32,000 nt of DNA from Zygophlyctis sp. KS116 (GCA_054661495.1 BAAFSQ010000013.1:52506-84505), one strand, 5' to 3'; shown: positions 7,321 through 18,677, counted from the stretch's first letter. A program made the numbers and translations. The notes: generated by a model not told the origin, from the letters alone.

Positions 7321-10116
7321 ATGAATACAATCTCCATTTCGAATTTCATCTTCGTTGTATTGGCATTGATCGCAACTACATCAGCAGGTAAAAAAACTCC
7401 AAAGATTCATACTTGCACTTCAACTTCGTTGGATTGTTGCTGGGTTGCGAGGATTTGGCACACTATGGGGGGCTCTGCTTCGATATTTGCTAATAATGGC
7501 ACCGTTTGCTGTGGTCAAAGTTCTATTGCTTGTGATAGTAATTACAAAGTTCTTTCGATTTTGTGGAAAGAAAAGAATCTTAACGGTCCAATTTCTACAG
7601 ACTTTCAATACTTAAAAAGTTTACAGGAGATGTAATATGATCAAACCATTAATATTAAGTGATCTTCAAGGAAACAAATTCGCGGGATCCGCTATACCTG
7701 CGGAATTGGGGACGCTGCCAAAATTAAGATCTCTGTAAGACTTTATCTATTAACATCACAGATTACTTGCAAACAATGAATTAAAAGGATCTATTCCTCC
7801 TATTTTGGTAGCTCTGCCGGATCTGGATAAACTGTAAGTTTACTCAATTGTAATTACTATAGAATTCTTTATGGCAACAAATTGAATGGAAATATTCCTA
7901 TAAATATAGGGAATTTAACAAAGTTGACTGATCTGTAAGTTAAAATGATATTTTAATGTACAAGTGATCTAAGTGACAATGAATTGAAAGGGATTATTCC
8001 CACTAGTGTTGGAAATTTAACCAATCTTCAGAAGCTGTAAATTAATTTGATATTTAAATTGTACAGTAACCTTAGTGGTAATAAATTAAACGGACCGATT
8101 CCAGCAGAGATTGGGAAATTGATAAATTTGATCGAGCTGTAAAAAGATTTTGATATTTTAACACTAAAGAAACTTGAAAAATGCGAAATTAAAAGACGGC
8201 CTGACTGGAGTTATTCCTGTGGAGATAAGAAATTTAATAAGTCTTCGCAAGATGTAAGTCTACTAGAATAAATTTGAAAGTGACCTTAGCAATAATAAAT
8301 TGGAAGGCATTATTCCAGAAGAAATTGGAAATTTGAAAAATTTGGTCGGACTGTAAATATTTTTTATAGTTCAATAGTAAAGAGACTTTGCAAACAATAA
8401 AGACTTGGAAGGAATGATTCCTCGCGCCATTGGAAATTTAACTAGCCTTCAAAAGCTGTAAATTATTATGAAATTTAAAATTATCAAGTGACCTTAGTGG
8501 TAATAAATTGTATGGGCCCATTCCAGGAGAGATTGGGAAATTGATAAATTTGATCGAGCTGTAAAATTAATTAAATGTTTAATGTCAAGAGACATAAGTG
8601 GGAATAAACTGAATGATATGATTCCTAACAATATTGGGGGCTTACAAAACTTACTAAAACTGTAAATTATCTTTAATATTTAAAATTGTAGAAGTCTGAA
8701 AAACAATAAATTGGAGGAAAATTTGCCTAAGAGTATTGGACTCATGACGAAGCTTCAGAAGCTGTAAATTATCTTGACATGTTAATTCTAAAGTGAATTA
8801 ACTGGAAATAAATTGGAGGGTCCTATTCCAAACGAAATTGGGAATTTGGTTGACCTGATTGAACTGTAAAGTCATAAAACGTTTACTTGAAAGGGATATC
8901 AGTAGAAATCATCTGAATGATCAAATTCCTAAAGAAATCGGTAAACTGAACAAGCTGCGTCTACTGTAAATTATTCTCACGGTATAAAATCAAAGAGACT
9001 TGAGCGATAATAAATTAGAAGGACCTATTCCGAAAGAGGTTGGGAATATGACAAGCTTGATTCGCCTGTAAAATTTATTGATGTAACTTTTAGCGACCTT
9101 AGCGGCAATGATCTGGAGAATGATATTCCAAAAGAAATTGGTAATTTGAAAAACATGCAATTCTTGTAAAAAGTTTACAGTATAATCGTTTAGCGACCTT
9201 GGCCGTAACAAATTTTTAAATGTCAATATTCCTAAAGAGATTGGGAATATGACAGACTTAACTGAATTGTACGCTGATTTAACCATCTAATACTTAAAGG
9301 TACTTACAAGACAATGATTTCACTGGAAATATTCCAGAAGAGATAGAAAATTTGGGCAATCTCGAGATTCTGTAAAATATTGAATTTATAATCTTTAAGT
9401 GACCTTAGTAAGAATAAATTATTTGGACCCATCCCAAAAAGTATTGGATTTCTTCCTATGTTAAAAGAACTGTAAGTTTATGATGTATTAAGTTAGTAGC
9501 CGTGTATCGGATAATAAGGGCATAAATGGATCTTTCAATCCCAGATGTGAAATTGAAATGTATTTTTCATAATAATCTTACGTATAGCCATGCTAGGCAT
9601 ACAAATATGAATCTTTGTGGATGTTCTTCGACCACCGCTCCTCCATTTTACTTCCCAGATCCAAAAAATGAAGATGATCTTCAATGCTTAGCTAGTTATC
9701 GAGTCGCCCCACTGACTTTGATGAAACGTCTTCCTACATTGTCGTATCCAACTCAATATGGATCATTTTCATGCTCAATTAGCTATCCAACTCAACGCCC
9801 GTTTCAAGATTGCATAAACCTAATAGGTGCTTATTGCAAGCCACTCAGTCCTATTTTCAAGAGCTGGTCTGACTGTAAAGCAAAAATTTTACAAGTTTCA
9901 ATTTATTTGAATTCAAATTGGAAAGGTTATGTCAATTCGTGTGCCAGATTTGCAGGACTGGGAGGAAGCTCTCCGTCGGCTGGTTGTACCATTGCAACCA
10001 ATATCATTCTTACGGGTGAGTTCTATAAATGGTATGATGATAAAAACATGGAGCAACAATCACTCATTCCTGACGTGGTGACACAAAGTTTGGCTCTTTA
10101 CATATGGAACACATGA
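7321..10116 (+). CDS. Secreted plant-type (24-aa LxxLxLxxNxLxGxIPxxIG) LRR protein; 21 exons, 738 aa, Cys-rich N-cap and C-terminal Cys-rich domain
   Basis: Exons: 7321-7631, 7660-7734, 7762-7833, 7863-7934, 7965-8036, 8067-8138, 8170-8253, 8281-8352, 8383-8457, 8489-8560, 8590-8661, 8692-8763, 8794-8865, 8894-8965, 8996-9067, 9094-9165, 9194-9268, 9300-9371, 9400-9471, 9500-9559, 9588-10116. All 20 introns are GT-AG, 26-31 nt, phase 2. The spliced CDS is 2217 nt and open. Signal peptide MNTISISNFIFVVLALIATTSA. Confidence 0.92.
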
Positions 10117-10327
10117 GAATCAATTTAACAAAAATAGAAATTTTTAAATGTTCTTTGAGAAGTCTGGTTATAAGATTGGAAGTATGTTATCTCAAATAAT
10201 CGATATTTATTGATCATATACTACTTAAAACACCCAGTAGAATACTAACCGATACGAAGTATTCCGAAGTAGTTTAAGTTAAGTTGGTAAGGTCGCGTTC
10301 GGACATCCGTGAGATAAGTATAACTCA

Positions 10328-12504
10328 ATGAGGATTCTTTACAGGTAGATATCGCAAATTAAATTCAGAACATTTATAAAGGCTCCTATTGTAGCTGCTT
10401 CATTTGGTGTCGGGGTAGCTTCATATGTTTCTTGGAAATTTGAAAATATGTTGGGATTTGCAGGACTTCCAGAGAGCTGGTTTTTAAAGTCTAGGATGAC
10501 AGTTCAGAATAAAGATGAAGAAGAAAATATAGACAAGTCCAATTCATTAGATTCGCTTGAATTGCCAAAAGCATATCATGATTCTTTAATAGTTGGAAAT
10601 GATCTTTGTTTGCTGTCTAGCAAATGGATGGAAATTCATACGCTGATTTCAAGTCTCTCAGAAAATTCTAACATTAAATTACCATCCATTGTAGTTATCG
10701 GGTCTCAAAGCAGTGGTAAAAGCTCATTACTCGAAGCGTTAGTTGGACATCAGTTTTTACCAAAGTAAGAAAATTAAGCGTACTTATTTAGAGAGGGTAT
10801 CAAATGGTCACTCGAAGACCAATAAGACTGAATTTAATTAATTCATCTGACGGGGAGGAGTATGGTGATTTTCCAGAGCTGGGATTTGGCATGATACGAT
10901 CGTTTGAAAGAATTCAACGGCATTTGGAAGAGTTAAATCAATCAGTTTCAAATGTAGAGTTCGTGTCAGATAAACCAATAATTTTAAATATACATTCGCC
11001 GAATGTTCCAAATCTTTCATTGATCGACTTACCAGGATATATTCAAGTTACAACAAAAGATCAACCTATAGAATTGAAAGATAAAATCCACTCTATTTGT
11101 GAAAAATACATCCAAGAACCAAATGTTATACTTGCTATAAGTGCGGCTGATGTTGATTTAGCTAATTCTGAAGCATTAAGAGCTGCAAAAATTGTTGATC
11201 CTAATGGTCTTCGAACGATTGGAGTACTAACCAAAATGGATTTGATTACGTCGGAAATAGGTATTAAATTATTAGGCAACCAAGACTATGAACTTCCTTT
11301 TGGTTTTATTGGAATCGTGTGTGGTTCAAAGACAGACGGAGAGCAGTATTTTAAATCTAATCCAGCTTATGCCGAATCTCAAGTTGGTATTCATCTGTTA
11401 AGAAATAGATTATCCCGTTTTTTGGAAGAACATCTATCGAAATCTTTGTTCATCACCAAAAAAATAATTCAAACTGAAATCGCAGATACTGAATACCAAA
11501 TAAAAGCCAGATTCAGCGATAAAACACCCAAACAGTATCTATTGGATGCAGTCGATTCTTTTAAATTTAATTGTCAGAAGTTTGCTATTTCTTTAAAAAA
11601 TTTGGATGTAAGAAGCATGATCGATCATGATTTATCAAAGAGAGTGTCTCAGATTTGCCGTGATACTATATGGACTTTTGAGCAAAGCGAGCCAATAACT
11701 TTGAATAATGATTTAGACAGTTTCACCAAATCCGGAATAGGAAAAGTAAGTGTTGACTTAATACATGAATATGTCTTGAATGAAATTAAACTAATGGTTT
11801 GTCAAAGTCCTTGGAACCATCATCAGCACGCCCAAGAGATTATAATCGACATATCTAAAAATATATTGGATGCTGAAACCGGATATTTGATCAATCAGAT
11901 TGAAACCATTATCCAGCCCTTAAAATTGCATGTTGAATTCAGTCCCGCAGAGTGGGCAATCGGACAGACTTTAGCCTTGAACTTAGTAGATCAAGAAATA
12001 TGCAAAGTGCGGGAGGACCTATTAAAACTTCAAAACAACGTCCAGTCATCTAGAGGATTACGAAATTCAATGAGACGTATCGCACAAACAAAATTCGATT
12101 ACATGCATGCGTTTTTAAAAGAATCACAAGACTCTGATTCTCCTATTGGGTTCCTTGAAGAAGCCAAAACCGCCCTGGGTTTGGAAGAATATCTTTTTAA
12201 ACTTTGGAATCGCAATTACAAATCATGTTCTTCACTAAAAGATTGCCCTGATGTTTACTTATCTCTTATAGCTGATAGATTGGCTTCATCTGCATCATTA
12301 TTCATATATCATAGCCTTTTAACAAAAACCTTTAGTAGCCTCCCGCGTTCGATTGAAGCACATTTCGCAAACATGGGGGAAGATCAAATCAAAGAGTTTG
12401 TAAAGGAGAATCCCGAGATGAATCAACTGCTACATCTTTATCAGAAACAATCTATTCTGAATCAGGCTCTGGACAAGATCAATGAACTGGAAACTGAAGC
12501 TTAG
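10328..12504 (+). CDS. MGM1: Mitochondrial dynamin-like GTPase Mgm1/OPA1
   Basis: [63 protein letters not shown]. Introns at 10345-10368 (24 nt) and about 10765-10793. Confidence 0.93.
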
Positions 12505-12524
12505 GTTTGTTTTTTTAATTTCTG

Positions 12525-14356
12525 ATGCAAGTGCACCAACGGGTATTCTTTTCAGCAAACTTAATTCAAGAAGGGATCAAGGAGAGAACAAAGCGTTGAG
12601 AGAGAAAAACAGGACCAGACGAAACCAGGTTCATGGTTTCCTTCTGTGGATGAAGCATTAAAAGTTCCAACAATAAACAAATTGGCCGAATTTGCAACGA
12701 ATACAAAGAAAGTTTTGGTAGTGAATTTGGAAGATTTTGTGACTGAGCATCGAGGGATTTTTGTGACATTGTTCTTACTTCCCATTTCGTTTTTAGCTGA
12801 TGTTTATTGGTACCTTTATAGATTATATGCATTATATGGTCGCAGATCTGGGACTCCAATGGCCCATGCTAAAAGAGTAAAGAAAGTTCAAGAACAGGTC
12901 GCAAAAGCCAGACAGATGGGAATAAGTAAAATGTGTACAGCACGTCCTGCGTTTATGGCAATGTCTTTTAGAGAAGGATTGTACAAATCAAAATGGGCAA
13001 AAATTGATTTGAATGATTTTAATCATGTTCTGAACGTTGATACAGATCGTAAAATAGTTAGATGTGAACCTCTATGTTCAATGGGAATGCTTACAGCGAC
13101 ATTAATTCCAAAAGGATGGACACTCGCAGTGACTCCAGAACTTGATGATTTAACCGTTGGAGGGCTTATTATGGGTTTTGGGATAGAAACATCTTCGCAT
13201 AAATATGGTCTTTTTCAACATATATGTAAGGCTCTAGAAGTTGTGCTCCCAGATGGTTCATTTGTGAGAGCAACTCCTGAAGAAAATCCTGAGCTTTTCT
13301 ATGCTCTGCCTTGGTCTCACGGAACGCTAGGATTTTTAGTTGCTGCTGAAATTCAAGTAGGCGTAAAATGGTTAATTTTTTAGATTATTCCTTGCAAATC
13401 ATTGGTTGAAATGACTTATCGTCCTTGTTTTTCTCAGGAGGAATACATTCAGGTTTTTGATAAAGCCTCGAATTGCGCTGACTATGATTTTGTGGAAGGT
13501 ATAGTTTACTCAAAAGAAAAGGCAGTGATAATGACTGGAAAAATGGTTTCCTTGAAAGCATTAAAAAACAATATTCTTGCGCTCAATCCGATTGGTTTAT
13601 GGTGGAAAACATGGTTTTATAAGCATGTGGAAAAATATTTGGAGAAGAGGAGTCTTACCGGGATCCGGGATGAAGATGTTCCATCTGAATATGTGGAGCT
13701 TATCCCATTAAGAGATTATTTCCATCGACACACAAGATCAATATTTTGGGTAATATTTAACCTGGGATAACAATTAGGAACTAAAGGATATTATACCATT
13801 CAGTGATCACTGGTTATATCGACTTTGTTTGGGATGGATGACACCTCCAAGAATATCAATTATTAAACTAGGACAAACCGACAAAATCCGCGAGACTTAT
13901 GGAACCAAGCATGTTGCGCAAGATATGCTTGTTCCCATGTCATCGTTGTCTGAATCTATGGACTGTATGGACAAGAATTTCTCTGTGTATCCTTTGTGGT
14001 TATGTCCTATGCTTCTACCTTCTGTCGCACGCAACTCTCCTGCGGCTCGTGGTTTGGTCCATGCAAAATCTAGATCCTCTTCTCAAATAATTCCTGCTCA
14101 AATGTATGTTGATATAGGAGCCTACGGTGCGCCTAAAATCCCAGACTTTAATGCAAAGGCTAGTTTACCTATAGTAGAAGACTTTGTTCTTTCTGTCGGA
14201 GGTTTTCAAGCTCTTTATGCTGATTCGCTGTTAAGACGATCTGATTTTAGAAAGATGTTTGATCATGATTTATATGACTTATTGCGAATACAGCACAAGA
14301 TGGATAAGAATTTCCCAGAAATATATGACAAGGTGGCACTTTCATCGAGAAAGTAG
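12525..14356 (+). CDS. DHCR24: Delta(24)-sterol reductase (DHCR24/DWF1 family, FAD-binding)
   Basis: MCTARP, PELDDLTVGGLIMGFGIETSSHKYGLFQ, PWSHGTLGFLVAAE, IPLRDYFHRHTRSIFWE, QDMLVP, YPLWLCP, FPEIYDKV. Introns at 12543-12570, 13357-13383, 13750-13777. Start codon less certain. Confidence 0.95.
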
Positions 14357-14371
14357 TTTTGGGGTTGGCTA

Positions 14372-15299
14372 ATGATTTTATTAAAAACTGTGTCTTGTTA
14401 TGAGTTTCTTCCTCTATCGACCAAAGTTGTAGTACTAGACTCTAATCTGCTTGTAGCCAATGCAGTTGGTGCGCTTTTACAGAATGAAATTCACTCTGCT
14501 CCATTGTACAATACCGAAACGCATCATTTTGATGGAATGTTTACTACTACCGATCTGATGCGATTAATCCTATATCTTGATAAATCATGTGCATGTTATG
14601 ACGAAGCTCTATCTGAAGTGTCAAATATGACTATAAAGCGGCTGAATGACTTGCCGTTTAAGAATCTATCTCCAGAATATCTCGTCAAATTGACTCCTGA
14701 TGCTACTCTATTGGATGCAGCAAAACTATTGCTTGAATTGAACATACATAGACTTCCTATTGTGTCTGATAGTAATTTAATTTTGTCGGTATTAAGTCAA
14801 AGCAAGATTGTACGATTTGTTGCACTGAATGTAACTTTTTTAATTAATAAACTAGTGTATTGGAGGACTAGACTTAAATTCCAAGATTTCAGAGCTAGAC
14901 ATTTGTTCTAAAAATGTTGATTGTGTGGAAGAAACAATTTCCCTTCGGGATGCACTATATAAAATATTAGAAAAGGGAGCTTCTGCACTACCAATTGTAA
15001 ATGATAAAGGACAAGTTTTGGATGTTTTTGAAAAATATGATGTATTAGAATTAGCAAGGCATGGACCTGCCCTTGATCTTAATATGACAATTGGACAAGC
15101 TATAAATTCATGTCGATCATTACAATTTGAAGGAATTCATACAGCATCACTTGATGACTCCTTGGGATCATTATTGGAAACTATAAAAAGAACCAGTGTA
15201 CATAGATTTATTGTAATGGATTCCAAAAGAAGGATTGAAGGAATCATTGCATTACAAGATATTCTAAACTATCTCCTTAGAATTCAAGAGAGTTGCTAA
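14372..15299 (+). CDS. SNF4: AMPK/SNF1 gamma subunit (4 CBS domains)
   Basis: SCYEFLPLSTKVVVLDSNLLV..A..ALLQN.I.SAPL, IHRLPIV, SALPIVN, FEGIHT, VHRFIV. Intron at 14831-14855 (25 nt) joins the two ORFs in frame. Confidence 0.88.
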
Positions 15300-15327
15300 A
15301 CTTTTAAAAAAACAAACTTTTAAGATA

Positions 15328-16065
15328 TTATTGAATATTCTCCTTTTCTTCTTGATAATGCTGAAAAGATTGAATATTCTCATTTTCTTGGTCAGTTTGA
15401 TCTATTCCGTTCATGTACATATTGCCTGTTGCTGGGATTAGATTTGGAAACGCATATTGAATTCCCATATTATTGTAAACGACTGGGTATGGCATAACAA
15501 ATTGTTGAGGAACTAAAACATTTTGCCAACTATACCTTTCTTTACCCCATGATACCTTTAGAATTACCCCATCTAGAAAAACTCCATTTAGATTTACAAT
15601 TGCTAATGTTGCCGCATGATGGGAATCCATTTTAGCAAATGCAAATCCCTTTAGAATTTTAAGATGAATTACAACCCCATATTCCTGTAGTAGATTTATC
15701 AACTGATCATAAATTAATTCCGAGTCTGGAATATTCCCAATATAAACAGTTGAATTATTTCCAGGAGTTAGCAGGTATGTTTTATCATAAGATGGTTTAG
15801 ATTTTTGAGAAACTCTTTGAACTGCCCAATTTAGTCTGATTAGTCTGTTTTTTATCTTTTTCTTATCCATTTCGACCAGTGCCTTTTCTGCATCAGTTTC
15901 AATAGAGAATGAAACAAATCCATATCCTTTAGATTTATTTGTCTGAGGATCCCAAACAACTCTAGCGCTTACTAAACTTTCATACTGAAGAAATGCATTC
16001 CATAGATCAGAATCTACAACCGATGATCCTAAATCTCCCACAAATAGATTCCACTTATTTTCCAT
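15328..16065 (-). CDS. PUB1/TIA-1-like RNA-binding protein (two RRMs, Q/N/P-rich tail)
   Basis: NLFVGDL, ARVVWDPQTNKSKGYGFVSF, IRLNWA, TVYIGNI, KGFAF, LKVSWGKE. Confidence 0.85.
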   Translation of the reverse strand: MENKWNLFVGDLGSSVVDSDLWNAFLQYESLVSARVVWDPQTNKSKGYGFVSFSIETDAEKALVEMDKKKIKNRLIRLNWAVQRVSQKSKPSYDKTYLLTPGNNSTVYIGNIPDSELIYDQLINLLQEYGVVIHLKILKGFAFAKMDSHHAATLAIVNLNGVFLDGVILKVSWGKERYSWQNVLVPQQFVMPYPVVYNNMGIQYAFPNLIPATGNMYMNGIDQTDQENENIQSFQHYQEEKENIQ

Positions 16066-16255
16066 AATTGATCAACTGTCCGCTCGTTGCCGCATTTCTA
16101 TTTATAGATTTAAATTAGAATTTTATTCCTAAATCTGTATTTATTCTCTAATAATACTCTCATTTACTAATAATATCTAGTCAAGATATCTGCATGGGCT
16201 ATAATAGACTAATCAATAGTAATAATAGCAAAAATATAATGGTCAAGAGTATTTA

Positions 16256-16552
16256 TTATTTTAACAATGGCCACAGCTTTGGAGCAGCCTTTTATAAGAT
16301 TTTTAGAAAAACTTACACAATGATTAACACATTCCTACTATTAGTAAAATCTAATTACCATTAAATCAAAAAATTCCTCTACGCAAGCCTCGCCTTCTGC
16401 GCCTGAACCTCCCTCTATTTTGGATGTACATGCATCAAGCCTTGTCTTTAGTGAATGACAATGATGTGACTCTGCACATGCTGCGGGATTAGTAAACAAC
16501 TAGTACCTGCTTCAATTTCTGGCTTGGGATCTTCAGAACCTGCTAGCGTCAT
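16256..16552 (-). CDS. QCR6: Cytochrome bc1 complex hinge subunit (72 aa; absent from the ORF track)
   Basis: Exons 16552-16507, 16480-16359, 16334-16317, 16288-16256 give MTLAGSEDPKPEIEAACAESHHCHSLKTRLDACTSKIEGGSGAEGEACVEEFFDLMECVNHCAAPKLWPLLK. Confidence 0.92.
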
Positions 16553-16656
16553 TTAAGAAATTTAGAAAAAATCAACGCGAAAGTTTACGGCCAGGGTTTT
16601 ATTGGTAGTACTAAAACTAGTTCTAGGGAGCAAGTGACGCCGAGTCTCTTTCAATT

Positions 16657-18677
16657 TTAGTCCCAGTTTGAGATGAAATCTTTTGGAGACATCTAATATT
16701 AAATTTCAAAATATACCCTTTTAATGACTTTCTGAGATCCATAGCCTCGGCTGATTGTAAAACAGTCTTGAATAAAAGTTTTAAATCTAGACTGCATAAA
16801 ACTACTTTCCAGACTTTCTTGAGAAAAGGTAGGAAGAAGAGAAATAAATTTACCAAAGAAAATTAGACCATCAGACTCACTACAAAAGCTCCTTGTAGTA
16901 CTAGAAATTTTCTTTAGTAAACTAATTAGACTTTTGAAATGGATTTCTGGCTCTGGGTTTGATTTTATTTGATTGCAGATACTTAATGCAAATAGAGTCA
17001 TGTCTTTCCAATGTTCATCCAAGTACTGATTTCCGAGTTTATGAAATAGAAATATCATGTCTGATTTTATATTGATTATCTTACCTAGAAAAGTTGCACT
17101 TGATTTAAAAGGTTCTGGTAAGATACGTTGAAAAGAATAGCCAAGAATAGTAAGATGATGAATAATATAACTACAATCATTACGAAAGAGTAAAGCTAGA
17201 TCAAAATTTGACTTGTACTTGTCTGCATTAACAGTTGGCATCAAGGCTCTATACAGATCAAAACCATCTCGACAAAGGAAATATGATTCAACACTCCTAA
17301 ATTTTAATTTTAAAAAAATTTAAATTACCCATCAGGATCATTCTCTTCAATTCCATGAAGAATTTGATAAATCATCTCTACAAAAGTTTGAGTCTGAATA
17401 CTGACAATGCAAGGTTCTAGTGCAAGAGGATTTTCAAAGTTTTCTACTCCTTTTTTATCCAAGACTGGCAAAGCTGGTTTCTTTTTCTCATTAAAAATAC
17501 CACGTTCAGTCGTGTCCGAGACTAGTACAGTCTGTGAATCATCACTAGTAAGGACATCACGGAATGTAGATAATACATCAGAGGCTTTCTTTTGTAAAGC
17601 TAAAGGTCTAAACTGAGATGAAATATCCTTTAAAAGGTTAATAGAGCCATATCCTAATAATAAGAATCAAAAAACTACCTAATTTCTTTAACTGATCTTC
17701 AAATTCAAAACATTTGTTCAAGTCTTTAGAAAACCCTGAAAAATCACTTGGATTGATAGGAATCTTTGGATACAAGTAGTCTTCAACCAGCCTACTGAAT
17801 AATTTTTGACTATAAAGTCTTGTAAAAATTGACCAAGGATCTGCATCATCTGAAAAACTGTCTATCCCTTCAAAAATAGTTTTTTTTAACCATTCACTTA
17901 AAGAATATAATCCAGACAATGTTTCTTGGAGTGATAACAGCGTATTTGATCTAATAAACATCATTGTTGATAAAGTTTTTGTCTTTTTAAATTCCAATGT
18001 ACCATTAGAGCCTAAAATTGGCATTATAAAATGACTGAATATATCATTTATAAACTGAATGAAAAATGCTTCCAATAAACCCAAATTTTGGTATGAAATC
18101 AGTATATCCTCTAGCCTATTTTTAATAATAAAACGAGATTACGGAACAGGATAATCATAATATTCATGAGAAGCAGTTGCTATTTACATTAAAAATTAAA
18201 TAAATACCAAGAACTCTTTTCTGGACAATCAGTTCCATTCTATTCCCCTTCTTGATCTGAATGCAAGATTCCAACAATTCCTCAAGAATCCACCTCTGTT
18301 TACCTTTTTCAATTATAACTTGATCCTTTTGAATTATAAATTACTATTACCACTAATAGATCAAATAATTCCTGTGGAAGAACAGCTTCAGCGCAACTCA
18401 ACATCTTTTCTATTTCTCCCAAAGCAGCGCTTGCCCCCAAAACTTCCCCAGTGTTTATTAAAGAGGAAACATTTTGCAATTCATTATGTACTTTACAAGT
18501 ATTTAAAAGATTTTCCAATAGATTCTCATCAAGCACTGTATCTGTTTCATACAATTTATAAATTTCATTAATTGGATCAATCACCGAACAAGTAAATTCC
18601 TTGTAAAAGGAGGAAATCATACCAAACACATTTAATTTTATATTTTCTATTTGGTCCATTTGCTCCATTTGCTCCAT
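16657..18677 (-). CDS. ZW10: ZW10/Dsl1-family tethering/kinetochore protein (multi-exon)
   Basis: ALLFRNDCSYIIHHL resembles the ZW10 NNCMYIAHHL motif; LVEDYLYPKIP...FEDQLKKLG; several short GT-AG introns. The 3' end is uncertain. Confidence 0.65.

Noticed and set aside
8990-9286. Antisense 98-aa ORF within the LRR gene
   Set aside because: It is a shadow ORF spanning exons and introns, with no independent coding signal.
7630-9500. Roughly 100-bp periodic array resembling a CRISPR array, satellite or decayed pseudogene
   Set aside because: The periodicity is a 72-nt LRR exon plus a 26-31-nt intron. Splicing gives an uninterrupted 738-aa frame, and there are no invariant repeats or cas genes.
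7630-9500. Alternative genetic code (TAA read as sense) to explain the frequent stops
   Set aside because: The stops lie within GT-AG introns that are often not multiples of 3, and conserved genes such as RPS5 and QCR6 terminate at TAA normally.
10765-10793. Possible MGM1 frameshift or pseudogene at the second intron (the first AG at 10791 is out of frame)
   Set aside because: The AG at 10792-10793 restores [13 protein letters not shown] and the rest of the gene is intact. RNA-seq is needed to confirm the GAG acceptor.
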